From Leptolyngbyaceae cyanobacterium (lineage in GTDB: Bacteria; Cyanobacteriota; Cyanobacteriia; Phormidesmidales; Phormidesmidaceae): a stretch of 64,000 bases of DNA. The first letter of the stretch is position 1. Each line of letters starts with the position of its first letter. The stretch spans positions 1 to 64,000 of the forward strand of contig CBDHHL010000033.1 of NCBI GenBank assembly GCA_965263355.1, given 5' to 3'. This document shows positions 9,095 through 19,438 of this stretch, one piece after another. Made by a program: the position numbers and the translations under genes. The notes under the pieces were generated by a model. That model was given only the letters and a program-made list of their open reading frames with translations, was not told the origin of the DNA and did no database searches.

Positions 9095-10604
9095 AGATCG
9101 GGCGCTAGCGGAGAAGGAGCGGCGTAGGCGACTGCGGGAAAAAGAGACGGGAAATGGAGTTATCAAGCCCCCATGGCCAGAATTCGCTAGGCAGACTCGC
9201 ATCAGATCAGGCCGCAACCTAGTTCCGTTTGACCCATATCCTTATCAAATAGCTTTTATTGAACAAGTAGAAAAGCACTATGGCACGGTTGCTATCAAGT
9301 CTCGGCAGATGGGATTTACTGAGACCATAGCTAATTACTTTTTATGGAAGGCATTTCGAGACCCTGGCTACCTCTCCGTCATCTTTTCTAAAAACCAAAA
9401 CGATACAGCCAACATCGCTAAGCGTGTCCGCTTAATGATCTCATCAAGATCTGACCTATCCTTAGCGACTGACAGCCTTCAAGACTTGACGCTAGTGGAC
9501 GGAGGTCGGCTGTTATTTAAGCCAGCAACGGCCAATGCGGCAAGAGGATTAGAGTCTGTCTCAGACATATTATTTGATGAAGCGGCCTTTGCTGATGGGA
9601 TTGAGGGCATCTATCAAGCTGCCATGCCATCAACAGAAATGCTAGGCGATGCCGCCAGAATAATTATCCTGAGCACTCCCAACGGACAATCTGGGTTTTA
9701 TTGGGACCGAGTGAATGAAGCAAATGGGGATATTAGCATTATTGAAGCCTGCCAAAATGCTCGGATTGGTGAACCGGTGAAATATTGGACTGACGAAGGG
9801 GGATGGTGCAAGTTTTTGGCTCACTGGAGAGCCCACCCAGTTTATTCAAAAAAACCAGACTACCTGGAGAGTTTGGCAACGCAAAAGCGGATGCCAGCAT
9901 CCAAAATTGAACAAGAGTACGACCTCAGTTTCACTAAGTCTCAAGAAGGCAGGTTGATCAAGAAATTTGATGAGAACCGCCACGTATTGCGTGGCTTTGA
10001 TTCAATACTCTGTACATATGACAATAAGCTGCCACTACATTTAATTTTCGACTTCAACCGATCACCTGCTACGGCATTGGTTGGCCAGCAGCATACATCG
10101 GAGTTGAGAGTGATTCACGAATTTTGTTTTTGGGATTCAGATACCTTTGAATTGGCTGAAAATGTTTGCCTATGGGTTAAAGGCATTGGGCACCAAGGTC
10201 CCTGCTATATCTATGGAGATGCTACTGGGCGCAATCCTAGCGCCAACAGCAGACAAACGAACTGGCAGATTGTTTGGAGCAAACTGGCCGCCCATGGGAT
10301 AAGAGCATTTAAGCGCTACAAAAACTCAAATCCATCTGTTGCGGACAGTGTTTTGAGCCTAGAGTATGCGTTTGAAATAGACAAAGTTTTCATTAATGGC
10401 GAGACTTGCCCCGAGTTGATAGCGGACTTAAACACTGTCAAGGGCAAGGATGGAGGCATTGCTAAGATCGATAAGTCCGATCCTAAACGTACTCATTGGC
10501 TGGATGAACTAAGATACTGGGTAGATAGCCTCATGCCGTATCGTGGCACTCAAGCCAACAGGCCACGCGAAACCCGTCAACGACTAAAAGGAATTGTCAG
10601 CTAA
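9081..10604 (+). CDS. terL: Terminase large subunit
   Basis: PYPYQ, KSRQMGFT Walker A, FDEAAF Walker B, STPNG, RNase H-like FDFN and HWLDELRY. Confidence 0.95.
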   Translation: MATLRDRALAEKERRRRLREKETGNGVIKPPWPEFARQTRIRSGRNLVPFDPYPYQIAFIEQVEKHYGTVAIKSRQMGFTETIANYFLWKAFRDPGYLSVIFSKNQNDTANIAKRVRLMISSRSDLSLATDSLQDLTLVDGGRLLFKPATANAARGLESVSDILFDEAAFADGIEGIYQAAMPSTEMLGDAARIIILSTPNGQSGFYWDRVNEANGDISIIEACQNARIGEPVKYWTDEGGWCKFLAHWRAHPVYSKKPDYLESLATQKRMPASKIEQEYDLSFTKSQEGRLIKKFDENRHVLRGFDSILCTYDNKLPLHLIFDFNRSPATALVGQQHTSELRVIHEFCFWDSDTFELAENVCLWVKGIGHQGPCYIYGDATGRNPSANSRQTNWQIVWSKLAAHGIRAFKRYKNSNPSVADSVLSLEYAFEIDKVFINGETCPELIADLNTVKGKDGGIAKIDKSDPKRTHWLDELRYWVDSLMPYRGTQANRPRETRQRLKGIVS

Positions 10605-10626
10605 TGCATCAAGGGGAGGTACTTTA

Positions 10627-10995
10627 ATGAGCGCAGTAACTAACTTGATTTGCGCATACGGACTTTGCGCAAATGATCTTAATAATGAAAAGATCTTAGA
10701 AAAGATAAATGAATGCTGCCCAGCTTTTGGCAGGTTAACGCATATTGATAGCAATACATTGCCAAACGGATGGTATGCCAATGGGAAAATGGCAGAAACC
10801 AATATTGCCATTGGCACGTTCAACCATCTAGATATCGATCAATGGGTAAAAAATATTCGCGAAACTATCCCACTTATCGACGCCTTTGAGTGCGACTATG
10901 TGCAATTCATCGTAAGTGACGACAATTCAGAAGGCTTTGGGATAATCAATGTTTTATCGACAGAGCAATTCAACCCGTTCAAAGGATACTCCTAA
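10627..10995 (+). CDS. Hypothetical protein inserted between terL and portal
   Basis: GGGAGG RBS; AT-rich ORF interrupting the usual gene pair. Confidence 0.7.
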   Translation: MSAVTNLICAYGLCANDLNNEKILEKINECCPAFGRLTHIDSNTLPNGWYANGKMAETNIAIGTFNHLDIDQWVKNIRETIPLIDAFECDYVQFIVSDDNSEGFGIINVLSTEQFNPFKGYS

Positions 10996-10999
10996 CACT

Positions 11000-12943
11000 A
11001 TGCCACCCACCCTTAAACAACTTGTCCGACGTCATTCTGAGCATGAAAAATATGCAGAACAATGGATGCTGCTGTCTGCATTGGCGGAGGGTGGATGTGC
11101 GGTCGATGACAACGTAAAAAAGAAGCTGCTTATCAACCCAGATGACGCAGAGCCCGATGTTTATAACACTCGAATCAGACTAGCCCCCTACGAGCCTATT
11201 ATGGGTTCAATCCTGATGAAGCTGGTTAGTCAGATCACTCAGGATCAGGCCAGTTATGAGGGCAGTACTGATCCATTCTGGGAAGATGAGTTTTTCCCTA
11301 ATGGCGTACTGAGTGATGAGGAATCTGACCCACGTCAATCACTACAGTCGCTGCTGATCAGAGAAATGCTACAGGGCTTGGTTCAGGGCAAGATGATTGC
11401 CCAGGTCGATACTGTCAACGCTGAGGGGGAAACTCTGGCAGAGCAACAGGCCAATGGAGGCGATTCAGCCTATGTCGTGCTTAGAAGGCGCGAGGAATTA
11501 TGGGATTGGGCAAGTGACAACCAGGGTTTAATTTACGCCAAGCTCCATACTTATCGAGAGGAGAGACCGTCTTGGGATGCTAAGCCTGTGCGGCTGCATG
11601 AATTCCAGATTTACCAACGCGAGAGTAACGCACAAATCACGACATCGGTCTATACCGTTCGTAATTCTCAGGATGACAAGGCCGTTGATTACAGTAGTAT
11701 GTCTAGCTTTGGCTGGAAAGATTTGCTAGCGCTAAGTGAGAGCAATGCAGTCATTGAAGCGAAGGTGGAGGATCAACCGATCTTTTCTACCACATCAGGT
11801 CTATTCCGGTTCCCTGTCATCTGTCGCTCTATCCCAAAACCATTGGTTATAGCTGATCAGTTATTCGACTTGGTCAAATCTCACTACAACCACGTTGCCG
11901 GTGGTGAATGGGCATTAGTCCAGACTAATTACGCCATGCCTGTTTTTACTGGCGTAGATTACCCACACGAAGAGGGCAACAGCAATCCTGCACGATTTCA
12001 AAAAGCAGGCAATGGTTTCTGGTGGGAACTGCCGCCTGGAGTTGACTGCAAATGGTTTGTTCGTCCTGGAAATGATATCCAACTCAGCCTCGATTATCAA
12101 GATAAACAAAAGCAGAAAATGTTGGACTTGGTTCATAAGATCGCTGAAACTGCGGCCAATGCTTATGCAATGCGGATGCAATCAGGTGAGTCTAAAAAAG
12201 AAGGTCGCAGGGATCTAGACATTTTGCTTGAGGTTTATGGGGAAGAACTCAGGGGCTTTGCTAAGTCGATTCTGGATGCGGCCTCAATCGTCCGCAATGA
12301 AGATACTGAGTGGAGTGTGAACGGATTCACCGACTACAACACCACTGGCCTAATGGAGGCATTGCAGGAATACACAGCCCTGGATCAAGCTGGGATTGAT
12401 AGCGATACACTGAAGCGTGAGAGCAGGATTGCGATCGCCAACAAAGCAGTAGCCAGTCTCAATCTGTCGCCTACGATTGTGTCGGAGATCGCTGATGAGA
12501 TTGGGGAAGATTCGCCATTTACGCTGCAGCCAGAAGGCATGAATGCATTGGTGCAATTGGCTGGGTCTAACTTGATATCTCCTGGTGACTTGCATCAGAT
12601 ATTCCAGAAAGCTGGCATCATTCCACCTGACATGGACTTAATGGCATTACTTAGGAACCTGGGGTTAGAGCCTGGACTACCACAGACAGATAACCCAGTG
12701 TTGGCGGGTGAAGTTAATGGAGGAGGGGAGAAGCCTGACGTACTCAAAAGCTGCCTTGATTGGTGGCAATACATGCAGTCTCACTATCCAGAGCTGGCAT
12801 ACAAATTTCGACTGAGCCCAGCAGACCTATCCTCGGCAGGCTTATCCACCCAAAGTCGCGATTTAATTTATGGCATAGAAGTTATTGAAGACCCTAGCCT
12901 GCGAAGTGGAGAAGTCTTAATAGCTTGGAATGAGAAGTCTTAA
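11000..12943 (+). CDS. Portal protein
   Basis: Position after terL; size; YNTRIRLA and QSGESKKEG motifs of SPP1/DUF4055-like portals. Confidence 0.8.
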   Translation: MPPTLKQLVRRHSEHEKYAEQWMLLSALAEGGCAVDDNVKKKLLINPDDAEPDVYNTRIRLAPYEPIMGSILMKLVSQITQDQASYEGSTDPFWEDEFFPNGVLSDEESDPRQSLQSLLIREMLQGLVQGKMIAQVDTVNAEGETLAEQQANGGDSAYVVLRRREELWDWASDNQGLIYAKLHTYREERPSWDAKPVRLHEFQIYQRESNAQITTSVYTVRNSQDDKAVDYSSMSSFGWKDLLALSESNAVIEAKVEDQPIFSTTSGLFRFPVICRSIPKPLVIADQLFDLVKSHYNHVAGGEWALVQTNYAMPVFTGVDYPHEEGNSNPARFQKAGNGFWWELPPGVDCKWFVRPGNDIQLSLDYQDKQKQKMLDLVHKIAETAANAYAMRMQSGESKKEGRRDLDILLEVYGEELRGFAKSILDAASIVRNEDTEWSVNGFTDYNTTGLMEALQEYTALDQAGIDSDTLKRESRIAIANKAVASLNLSPTIVSEIADEIGEDSPFTLQPEGMNALVQLAGSNLISPGDLHQIFQKAGIIPPDMDLMALLRNLGLEPGLPQTDNPVLAGEVNGGGEKPDVLKSCLDWWQYMQSHYPELAYKFRLSPADLSSAGLSTQSRDLIYGIEVIEDPSLRSGEVLIAWNEKS

Positions 12944-12952
12944 TAGCTTGGA

Positions 12953-13828
12953 ATGAGTGAAGCCATCACCATAGACAATACCCCATATACCGAGGAAGAG
13001 TTAGCGGAACTCCTCGGCATAGACTCACTCGACTCGTTATCCCAATCTGAACTAGATGCGCTACTAGATGAAATAAACGACGGGCTTCCAAGGCAATTGT
13101 CAGAATTCATAGCAGCTACTGCGATCGCCTCAGCCTTAGCACTGCTAAACACTCGTGGCCCAGGGGTTCGCTACTTCACCCCTCGCGAAGACTACTACCG
13201 TGGTCGCCGTCCTGTCCCACAACAACGCATCGATCAGTTAGTCTCCAGTCATCGGCGTCAGGCATCACAGCGCACGCTACGACATGCCAATGATTTACTG
13301 AATAACCGGATCAGCCTGCGTGAGTATCATGAACGGATGGCCAGGGATATTGTGAATGGACACGTTCGCATGATGGAGCTAGGTGCTGGCGGGCGCAAAC
13401 GGATGACCCGTGGGCACTGGGCAAGGCTACAAGAGCAACTGTATGGAGATGGCCCAGGGCGGGGAGACCTTAATCGACTAAGACAGCATGTTGAGCGGAT
13501 CAGGCTAGGGGAATTATCTGACGCTCAGATACGGGACAGGTCTAGGCGATATGGGGCAAATACAGCCCCTAGTTATCAAGATGGACGGCATGTATCGATG
13601 GTTCAGTCAGAGCGATGGGAAGCGAGAAGATCCCTGGGGAACGTGCCTAGGCATTGCCCTGACTGCCCTGGCTTACAGGTGCTCGAATGGACCCCTATTG
13701 ATCAAGTAACACCTATTGGTAATGATTGCCGGTGCCGATCAAATTGCGCCTGTACCCTAGAAGTTAGGCTCAAGCTGGCTCGTAATGGATTTAGTACAGT
13801 AGGATTTAGTCAAGCAATCTTAGGTTGA
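12953..13828 (+). CDS. Head morphogenesis (MuF-like) protein
   Basis: Follows portal; C-terminal HCPDC...CRCRSNCAC. Confidence 0.75.
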   Translation: MSEAITIDNTPYTEEELAELLGIDSLDSLSQSELDALLDEINDGLPRQLSEFIAATAIASALALLNTRGPGVRYFTPREDYYRGRRPVPQQRIDQLVSSHRRQASQRTLRHANDLLNNRISLREYHERMARDIVNGHVRMMELGAGGRKRMTRGHWARLQEQLYGDGPGRGDLNRLRQHVERIRLGELSDAQIRDRSRRYGANTAPSYQDGRHVSMVQSERWEARRSLGNVPRHCPDCPGLQVLEWTPIDQVTPIGNDCRCRSNCACTLEVRLKLARNGFSTVGFSQAILG

Positions 13829-13830
13829 TC

Positions 13831-13971
13831 ATGGCGAAAACCAAGGGCGTTTCTATCGGCAAAGATAAAGATGGGGTGTATGTTTACACCCATAGGAGCA
13901 GGAGCAAAAGTTATCCAAAACAGTCCAGCATTCCTGATTCAGTAATCAAAACAATAGAAAGAACTGGTTAG
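13831..13971 (+). CDS. Small basic protein, 46 aa (below the ORF-track cutoff)
   Basis: MAKTKGVSIGKDKDGVYVYTHRSRSKSYPKQSSIPDSVIKTIERTG; starts 2 nt after the MuF stop. Confidence 0.7.
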   Translation: MAKTKGVSIGKDKDGVYVYTHRSRSKSYPKQSSIPDSVIKTIERTG

Positions 13972-13975
13972 CATC

Positions 13976-14613
13976 ATGCAAATAAAAAAATATAAAGCCG
14001 TCGCATTAGCTGACAGGCGCGAGAATATAACCGTTAAACACACTCTCAGTCAAGGGTTTCAGTATTTTGTACTGTCGTCAACGGCCCATATGTTTTGCGG
14101 AGTTGGGGAAACGCCTGAAGCGGCGATCCAAAAAATCAAAAGCGCTCAGAAGCAGAGCCCTGATCTGGTTTTTGGCAAAATAACTACAGAAGAGTTTTTT
14201 GATTATTCAGTATTCGAACAATAATCATGGCCACTCGCGCTGAACTACTGCAAGAATTATTCAACAAATACAGTAGCCGCACGTCTAAGAATATGACGGC
14301 ATACAATCGAAGTGGCGGGAACGTTCGGAGGCCAGTCAGGTCGTCAAAGCCCAAAAGCGACCAAGCCGCATACGATCAAGCTAAATTCAACACCCGTAAA
14401 GCCAATCAAGTCTTAAGTCAGAGGCAACCGTTAACCCGCAAAGGTGGCAAGTACGACGGCTTGCCTACGCCTGCTGTATTGCAATTTGCACGTTGGGGGG
14501 TTCCTTTGTCGTCAATAGCAAACCCAACTTACGAGAAAATCAGAGCGATTCGAGATCGCTACCAATCAAGGAAAGATGTGTTAGCCAAAAAGCTGGGTAA
14601 GTCTAATGAATAA
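13976..14613 (+). CDS. Two small head-region proteins (13976-14224; basic 14227-14613)
   Basis: Packed ORFs in the head operon. Confidence 0.65.
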
Positions 14614-15068
14614 ACCAATCTCTTACAACGGCGTCAATATTCCCTCTAAATACGTATCCGGACTGTCCGGGTCCACCCGTCGCAAGCGGCTAGCTGCGAT
14701 TGCTAAAGCTCGCAAGTCAGGCGAACCGATGCCTCGGACACTCCCTGGGGACGACAAAACAAAAACTAGGAGAAGCCGATTTACTCGCAAATTCAATAAA
14801 CGCTATGGCAACTCGTAGACAGAGACTATCGGCACGGCTCCAAAAGGCCATCAAAAATAAAGCAGAGAAGTCCAATGCACCTGTATCAGCGCTGCGACAG
14901 ATCGCGCTAAAAGGGTTAGGGGCTGCGGCTAGCTCTGGTAGACGACCTGGGGTTTCGCCAGAGCAATGGGCGTTAGCCAGAATTAACAGCGTGATCACTG
15001 GCGGAAAGGCAAGAAAGGTTGACTCAAAACAATGGAAGGCTATTCAAGAATTCCGCAAAAACAGATAA
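14606..15068 (+). CDS. Two overlapping basic proteins (14606-14818; 14805-15068), DUF5824-like
   Basis: IPSKYVSGLS and KGLGAAASSGRRPGVSPEQWALARINS..GGKARKVD motifs. Confidence 0.6.
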
Positions 15069-15124
15069 GTTGCTTATTCTACAAGGGATTCGCTATGATG
15101 TTGCTGAAATCCTAAAATCGTGAT

Positions 15125-15943
15125 ATGACAGACGGCACTCAAGACCCAAATGCAGAGCAGCAGACTAGTGTAACTCTGGAGCAGCTACAGCAAGTGCTTG
15201 GAGGATTCAAAGACGAGATCTCTAAAATGGTCACAGGTGCTGTCCAGAAGTCACATAAGTCTTTAGAAGGAAAGTTAAACGATACTGTCAAGGCTCAGCT
15301 AACGTCAGTACTAGACGAGGTTATCCCATCCGAGGGAGACGGACAACAGCAGCAGGCCGCGCAGCCCCCAACAACTGGGGAAGTCGAACAGCAGCCCCAG
15401 TCGGGCGACGATATTACGGCACGTCTACAGGCTATGCTTCAGGCCCAAACGCAGCAGATGGAGCAAAAGCTAAGCGAGACCACAAGGCAATACGAAGAGC
15501 GCATTGAGGCGATGCAAAAGGCTGTCGAGGAAGAACGGCTTAATACTGCAAAGTCTCAAGCCCGCACCGCAGCATTAGACCCCATAAGAGATAGGCTGCA
15601 CAACCCAGATTTAGCCTGGGCTTATCTTGAAAGCAAAGGAGTCTCTTACGATCCTGAGAAGGGCGGTTATGGTGTCGCGGGAAAAGACGAATTTCAAAAC
15701 CCTACATTCACTCCTTTGTCAGAGCAGTTATCTAGTCTAGAGAAAGAAGCGGGCTACTTATTTAAGCCTCGACCTGGCACTGGCACTGGGACTCAGCCAG
15801 GGACACAGCAACCGGCTTCGTCTGGGGGATCAGGCATTTATGCAGATGGCATGGACGCTCAAGCCAGGATAGATGCGCTTAAGAAGTCGGCGGACCCATT
15901 CGCTGCGATCGCCGAAAATGTGGCCAAAGCGAATGCTCAGTAG
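15125..15943 (+). CDS. Capsid scaffolding protein
   Basis: Gln-rich coiled coil, YLFK..GTGTG tail, directly before the capsid gene. Confidence 0.8.
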   Translation: MTDGTQDPNAEQQTSVTLEQLQQVLGGFKDEISKMVTGAVQKSHKSLEGKLNDTVKAQLTSVLDEVIPSEGDGQQQQAAQPPTTGEVEQQPQSGDDITARLQAMLQAQTQQMEQKLSETTRQYEERIEAMQKAVEEERLNTAKSQARTAALDPIRDRLHNPDLAWAYLESKGVSYDPEKGGYGVAGKDEFQNPTFTPLSEQLSSLEKEAGYLFKPRPGTGTGTQPGTQQPASSGGSGIYADGMDAQARIDALKKSADPFAAIAENVAKANAQ

Positions 15944-16104
15944 CACAAAACTAAGGCGTTTGTTATATTGTTCTTGAAATGGCATGGCAAGGGCCGTAAA
16001 CCTTGGAAAGGCATGGCAGACGCCTTAAGTCTGGGGTTCGGTCCCTGAGAATTTGAATTTAGCTCTAGGGATGCGGAAGGAAATCAACAATCCTTCTTTT
16101 TCCG

Positions 16105-17451
16105 ATGGTTACTTTCAACAATGCAGAGCAGTCAACAGTCGTCAAGGCGTTGGCTGATGGTTCACTTTTTCAATTGTATCGGTCTTCGGCTTTCGCTACA
16201 GCAGCAACTACAACGCTTGGTGGCCGTGACCTAAACACTTATTTCGAAAAGGGTCAGTCGGTTAGCCTGTTGATGGCTAAAGACTATGGCGAGGCGCAAG
16301 ATTATGACCCTCGCACAAACACTGACGCGACTACCAACGACACTGATTATCTCCCTGTTACTCTAACGCTAGAGAAACTTTTCACTTCTGGTTTTCGCGT
16401 TTATGGAAGCGATACCCAGGTGGAACGCTACGTTAGGGATTATTCACTTTCTACTGGTGGCGCAGTTCGTAAGTCGTTCGATAATTATCTGTACAATACC
16501 GGGTTCCGTACATGGACATTGGCAGCTAGTGGGGACATCACTCTAGGCGGCCACCCTCCTACAACAGTGGCGTTCACTGAGACCAGCGGGGGCGTCCTGG
16601 CTGAATACGGTGATGCTCTTCACCGTGCTGGTGGCGCTGCACTCAACGAAGTGGATGTGCCTGAGTCTGGCCGTTACGCAAGATTGTCGCCTCGTGCTGC
16701 TGAGTCTTTGATGGGCGCAATCACTCCTGTCACTGGCAGCGCTTTAACTGAAGGCAATATTGCGCTTGGTCAACAACTGCTACAAGAGCCTAGCTACATG
16801 AGCCGTGATTTCATGATGCGGCAGTTCATGACCCGTGGTTCTAATGCGATCACAGGGCAAGACGCTGTTGCGGATTTAGGCGATGGTGTCGCATTTGAGC
16901 CTATCAGCGCTGTTGCTGCTGCGACTGGTGCAGATGAGTTCATCGATGGCAATCAATCCACTGTTACCCAGGCTGGCGCTGTGCGAGTGACTGTCAACCA
17001 GACTGCGGCTCTGGCTGCTGGCGTTGCTGTTGGCGCGATTGGTCGGATTGGCCCCAATGGTTCTACTGCAGCTGACGTAAATTATGGCGTGATTCTTCGT
17101 GTTGATAGCGCTAATAAGTACGTTTGGATGATCCCTTACAACAGCAAGGGCCAAAAAGTTGCTGCCGCTGAAGTGAACACAGCCTACAACTTCTCTGTCC
17201 CTGCGATTGGCGCGGTGAATGTCGGCTATCACATTGAACATCTGGCGTTTGCTACGCGACTGCTTACTGAACCTACTCCTGGCTCTGGTGCGATTGTCGA
17301 GCGTTCTACCGACCAAGACACAGGTTTGGTGATGCAGGTTTTCAAAGGCTCATATAATGTCCATCAATTCAAGGAAGGCATTCGTACTGCCTGTTTATGC
17401 GGCGCTACTCCTACCGATTTTCGGAAAGGCGTTTTGTTGCTATCAGCCTAA
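16105..17451 (+). CDS. Major capsid protein (HK97 fold, P22-coat-like with insertion domain)
   Basis: KGQSVSL, LNEVDVPESGRYA, HLAFATR..GLVMQV motifs; position. Confidence 0.85.
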   Translation: MVTFNNAEQSTVVKALADGSLFQLYRSSAFATAATTTLGGRDLNTYFEKGQSVSLLMAKDYGEAQDYDPRTNTDATTNDTDYLPVTLTLEKLFTSGFRVYGSDTQVERYVRDYSLSTGGAVRKSFDNYLYNTGFRTWTLAASGDITLGGHPPTTVAFTETSGGVLAEYGDALHRAGGAALNEVDVPESGRYARLSPRAAESLMGAITPVTGSALTEGNIALGQQLLQEPSYMSRDFMMRQFMTRGSNAITGQDAVADLGDGVAFEPISAVAAATGADEFIDGNQSTVTQAGAVRVTVNQTAALAAGVAVGAIGRIGPNGSTAADVNYGVILRVDSANKYVWMIPYNSKGQKVAAAEVNTAYNFSVPAIGAVNVGYHIEHLAFATRLLTEPTPGSGAIVERSTDQDTGLVMQVFKGSYNVHQFKEGIRTACLCGATPTDFRKGVLLLSA

Positions 17452-17463
17452 TTAATCTCTCCT

Positions 17464-17832
17464 ATGGCGATTATTTTGTTCCGGGGCAATATGCCCACTC
17501 TTTTTCATAGCAAAGGGGACGCTAGCGCAGCTCTCGCAGGTGGGCTGTATCGCCGACAGCCTGTGAAGGTGGCGGATGAACCCACCACTGAAGTCCAAGC
17601 CGACAACGACGAGGTCGCCGAAAGAGCTGCAGCGGAACCTCCTCAGCCTGATTCAATTAATGTCAACTCAGCGCCTCTGGCTGAGTTGACTAGCATCAAA
17701 GGGATTGGTTTGGCAAAAGGAAAAGAGTTGATCGAAAAACGGCCCTATTCGGCAGCTGAGGATCTTGTTGCAGTTACCGAAGCTGTCGATTGGGTCCAGC
17801 TTGAAGAATCTGGCGTTATTTGGTTTGGTTGA
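17464..17832 (+). CDS. Helix-hairpin-helix (ComEA-like) protein
   Basis: INVNSAPLAELTSIKGIG...RPYSAAEDL. Confidence 0.85.
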   Translation: MAIILFRGNMPTLFHSKGDASAALAGGLYRRQPVKVADEPTTEVQADNDEVAERAAAEPPQPDSINVNSAPLAELTSIKGIGLAKGKELIEKRPYSAAEDLVAVTEAVDWVQLEESGVIWFG

Positions 17833-18688
17833 TGGCGTTAAACGTTTTCACAATTAACGACAGACGCAAGCTGCAACACTATCTCAATCTCCCTATTCAG
17901 GAAGTGCAAGAAGGCAGTTACTTATGGAGTGCTCTCAGCTACGTCGAAACTATCGACGAATCAGAGGGCACTACAATCGCTGCCGATATTCAATCACGAC
18001 TTGAGACTCTTGACTGTCTAGAGTCTGTTGACGGATCTCAAGGAAACTGGATAGATGCGATTCAATCCAGTTCTAGTTTTGCTAAGTCGATCAACATTCC
18101 TGACCAGTTCAGTGAAACATACGCGGCTCCGTCGGGCAGCGGCTATACCGGGGAGGCAGCATCACTAGAATCCTATAAAAAATATCTGATCTCTAGCATT
18201 CGAAGAGACCTAGCGCTTAGCCAGCAATCAGGCAATAACAGCCTGAATACTGTATGGCCAGGAGGCCGGTCAGAGCCCAATCGAGTAGGGCTGTATAACA
18301 GAGGGAGGGGACTGATTTAGACATGGCAACCATTGTAGAGCAGACCATTGGAACAAGCCTAACTGCTATTGGAGAAGTGAAGATCCAATCCAATGGCCTT
18401 ACTGTTGAAGTTGTCAACAAAGGAGGGACCGCTTTCAATGCATTTGAGATTCGGCTGAAAGCAACCGAAGCGTCCACATTCCGGCTCGCCTACAACCAGG
18501 CAACAGACTGGACCAATCCAGCTAAAGGGAGCCTGATTACTATTGGAAACACGACCAGCCCAACTACTCTAGCAGCAGGCGAGGGGATTAATTTCACTTT
18601 GTTTAGATTGCTGGATTATAAATTTTATTCCATTCAATTTCTCGCCTCTGTTGCGAGCGGCAGCACAGTAGCGGAGGTATCGGCATGA
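17832..18688 (+). CDS. Putative head completion protein (17832-18320) and small beta-rich virion protein (18323-18688)
   Basis: Position and size only. Confidence 0.5.
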
Positions 18689-19431
18689 CTTTTGTCCATC
18701 AATCAATTGCTCCTAACGCAGAGGTCTTGAACCTTCCCTTAACAACAGCGGGAGGGGCAATAACGATCCCAGCCAATACTGTTTATTCCTTTACAGTTTC
18801 ACTAACCAGCGGCAGCTGCACAATCGTAACGGACACGGACCCACAAACGACTCTAACAATTGCTAGTAACAGTCAAAACCCCTACGAGTCACCAAATCTT
18901 AACGGGGGGCGGATCAACCACTCAATAACGATAACCCCTAATGCGAGTTGCGATGGTTTTGTTTCAGAAGCCAAGGTGATTAGCTCCGCCCCAGCATTAT
19001 CGTTAGACATCACGCCCCCAACAGCGACTTTGGTTGGGGTTCTCCCTACAGCAACAACGGGGATAGCGGCGACAGTAATAGTTGACTTTGATGATGAAAC
19101 GGCCTTTAATCCAGCATCTGTAACTATCGGCTCACTGTCAGCTGTCGATGGGGCAAATGTGGCGACAATTGCAATTGCAAACACTACAACTATTGGCAAC
19201 AACGGAGTTAGAGTTAACTTTGACGTAACAGCCCCTGCAGATGGCAGCTATACCGTCACAGTCCCAGTTAATAGTTATTCTGATACAGCAGGCAATCAAG
19301 GGGCACTAGTGAATCTTGGAACCATGATCGCGTCGCCAGTGAGCGCTATTACGGCATCTCTTGGGGCGGCATTAAACCCAGTTGAAGCGCTGCCCACATT
19401 TCAGGTTGTTGTTAATTTTGTAGAATCCTAA
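18685..19431 (+). CDS. Virion protein with Ig-like domain
   Basis: DITPPTATL...DGSYTVTVPVNSYSDTAGN. Confidence 0.75.
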   Translation: MTFVHQSIAPNAEVLNLPLTTAGGAITIPANTVYSFTVSLTSGSCTIVTDTDPQTTLTIASNSQNPYESPNLNGGRINHSITITPNASCDGFVSEAKVISSAPALSLDITPPTATLVGVLPTATTGIAATVIVDFDDETAFNPASVTIGSLSAVDGANVATIAIANTTTIGNNGVRVNFDVTAPADGSYTVTVPVNSYSDTAGNQGALVNLGTMIASPVSAITASLGAALNPVEALPTFQVVVNFVES

Positions 19432-19438
19432 CCCTGTC

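Noticed and set aside
16876..17316. Antisense ORFs inside long genes (also 7903-8253, 18882-19202, 40291-40590 and similar)
   Set aside because: Shadow frames of well-supported genes, with no RBS or motifs
17464..17832. PsbU photosynthesis gene
   Set aside because: Only the generic helix-hairpin-helix motif matches; no signal peptide; sits in the head operon
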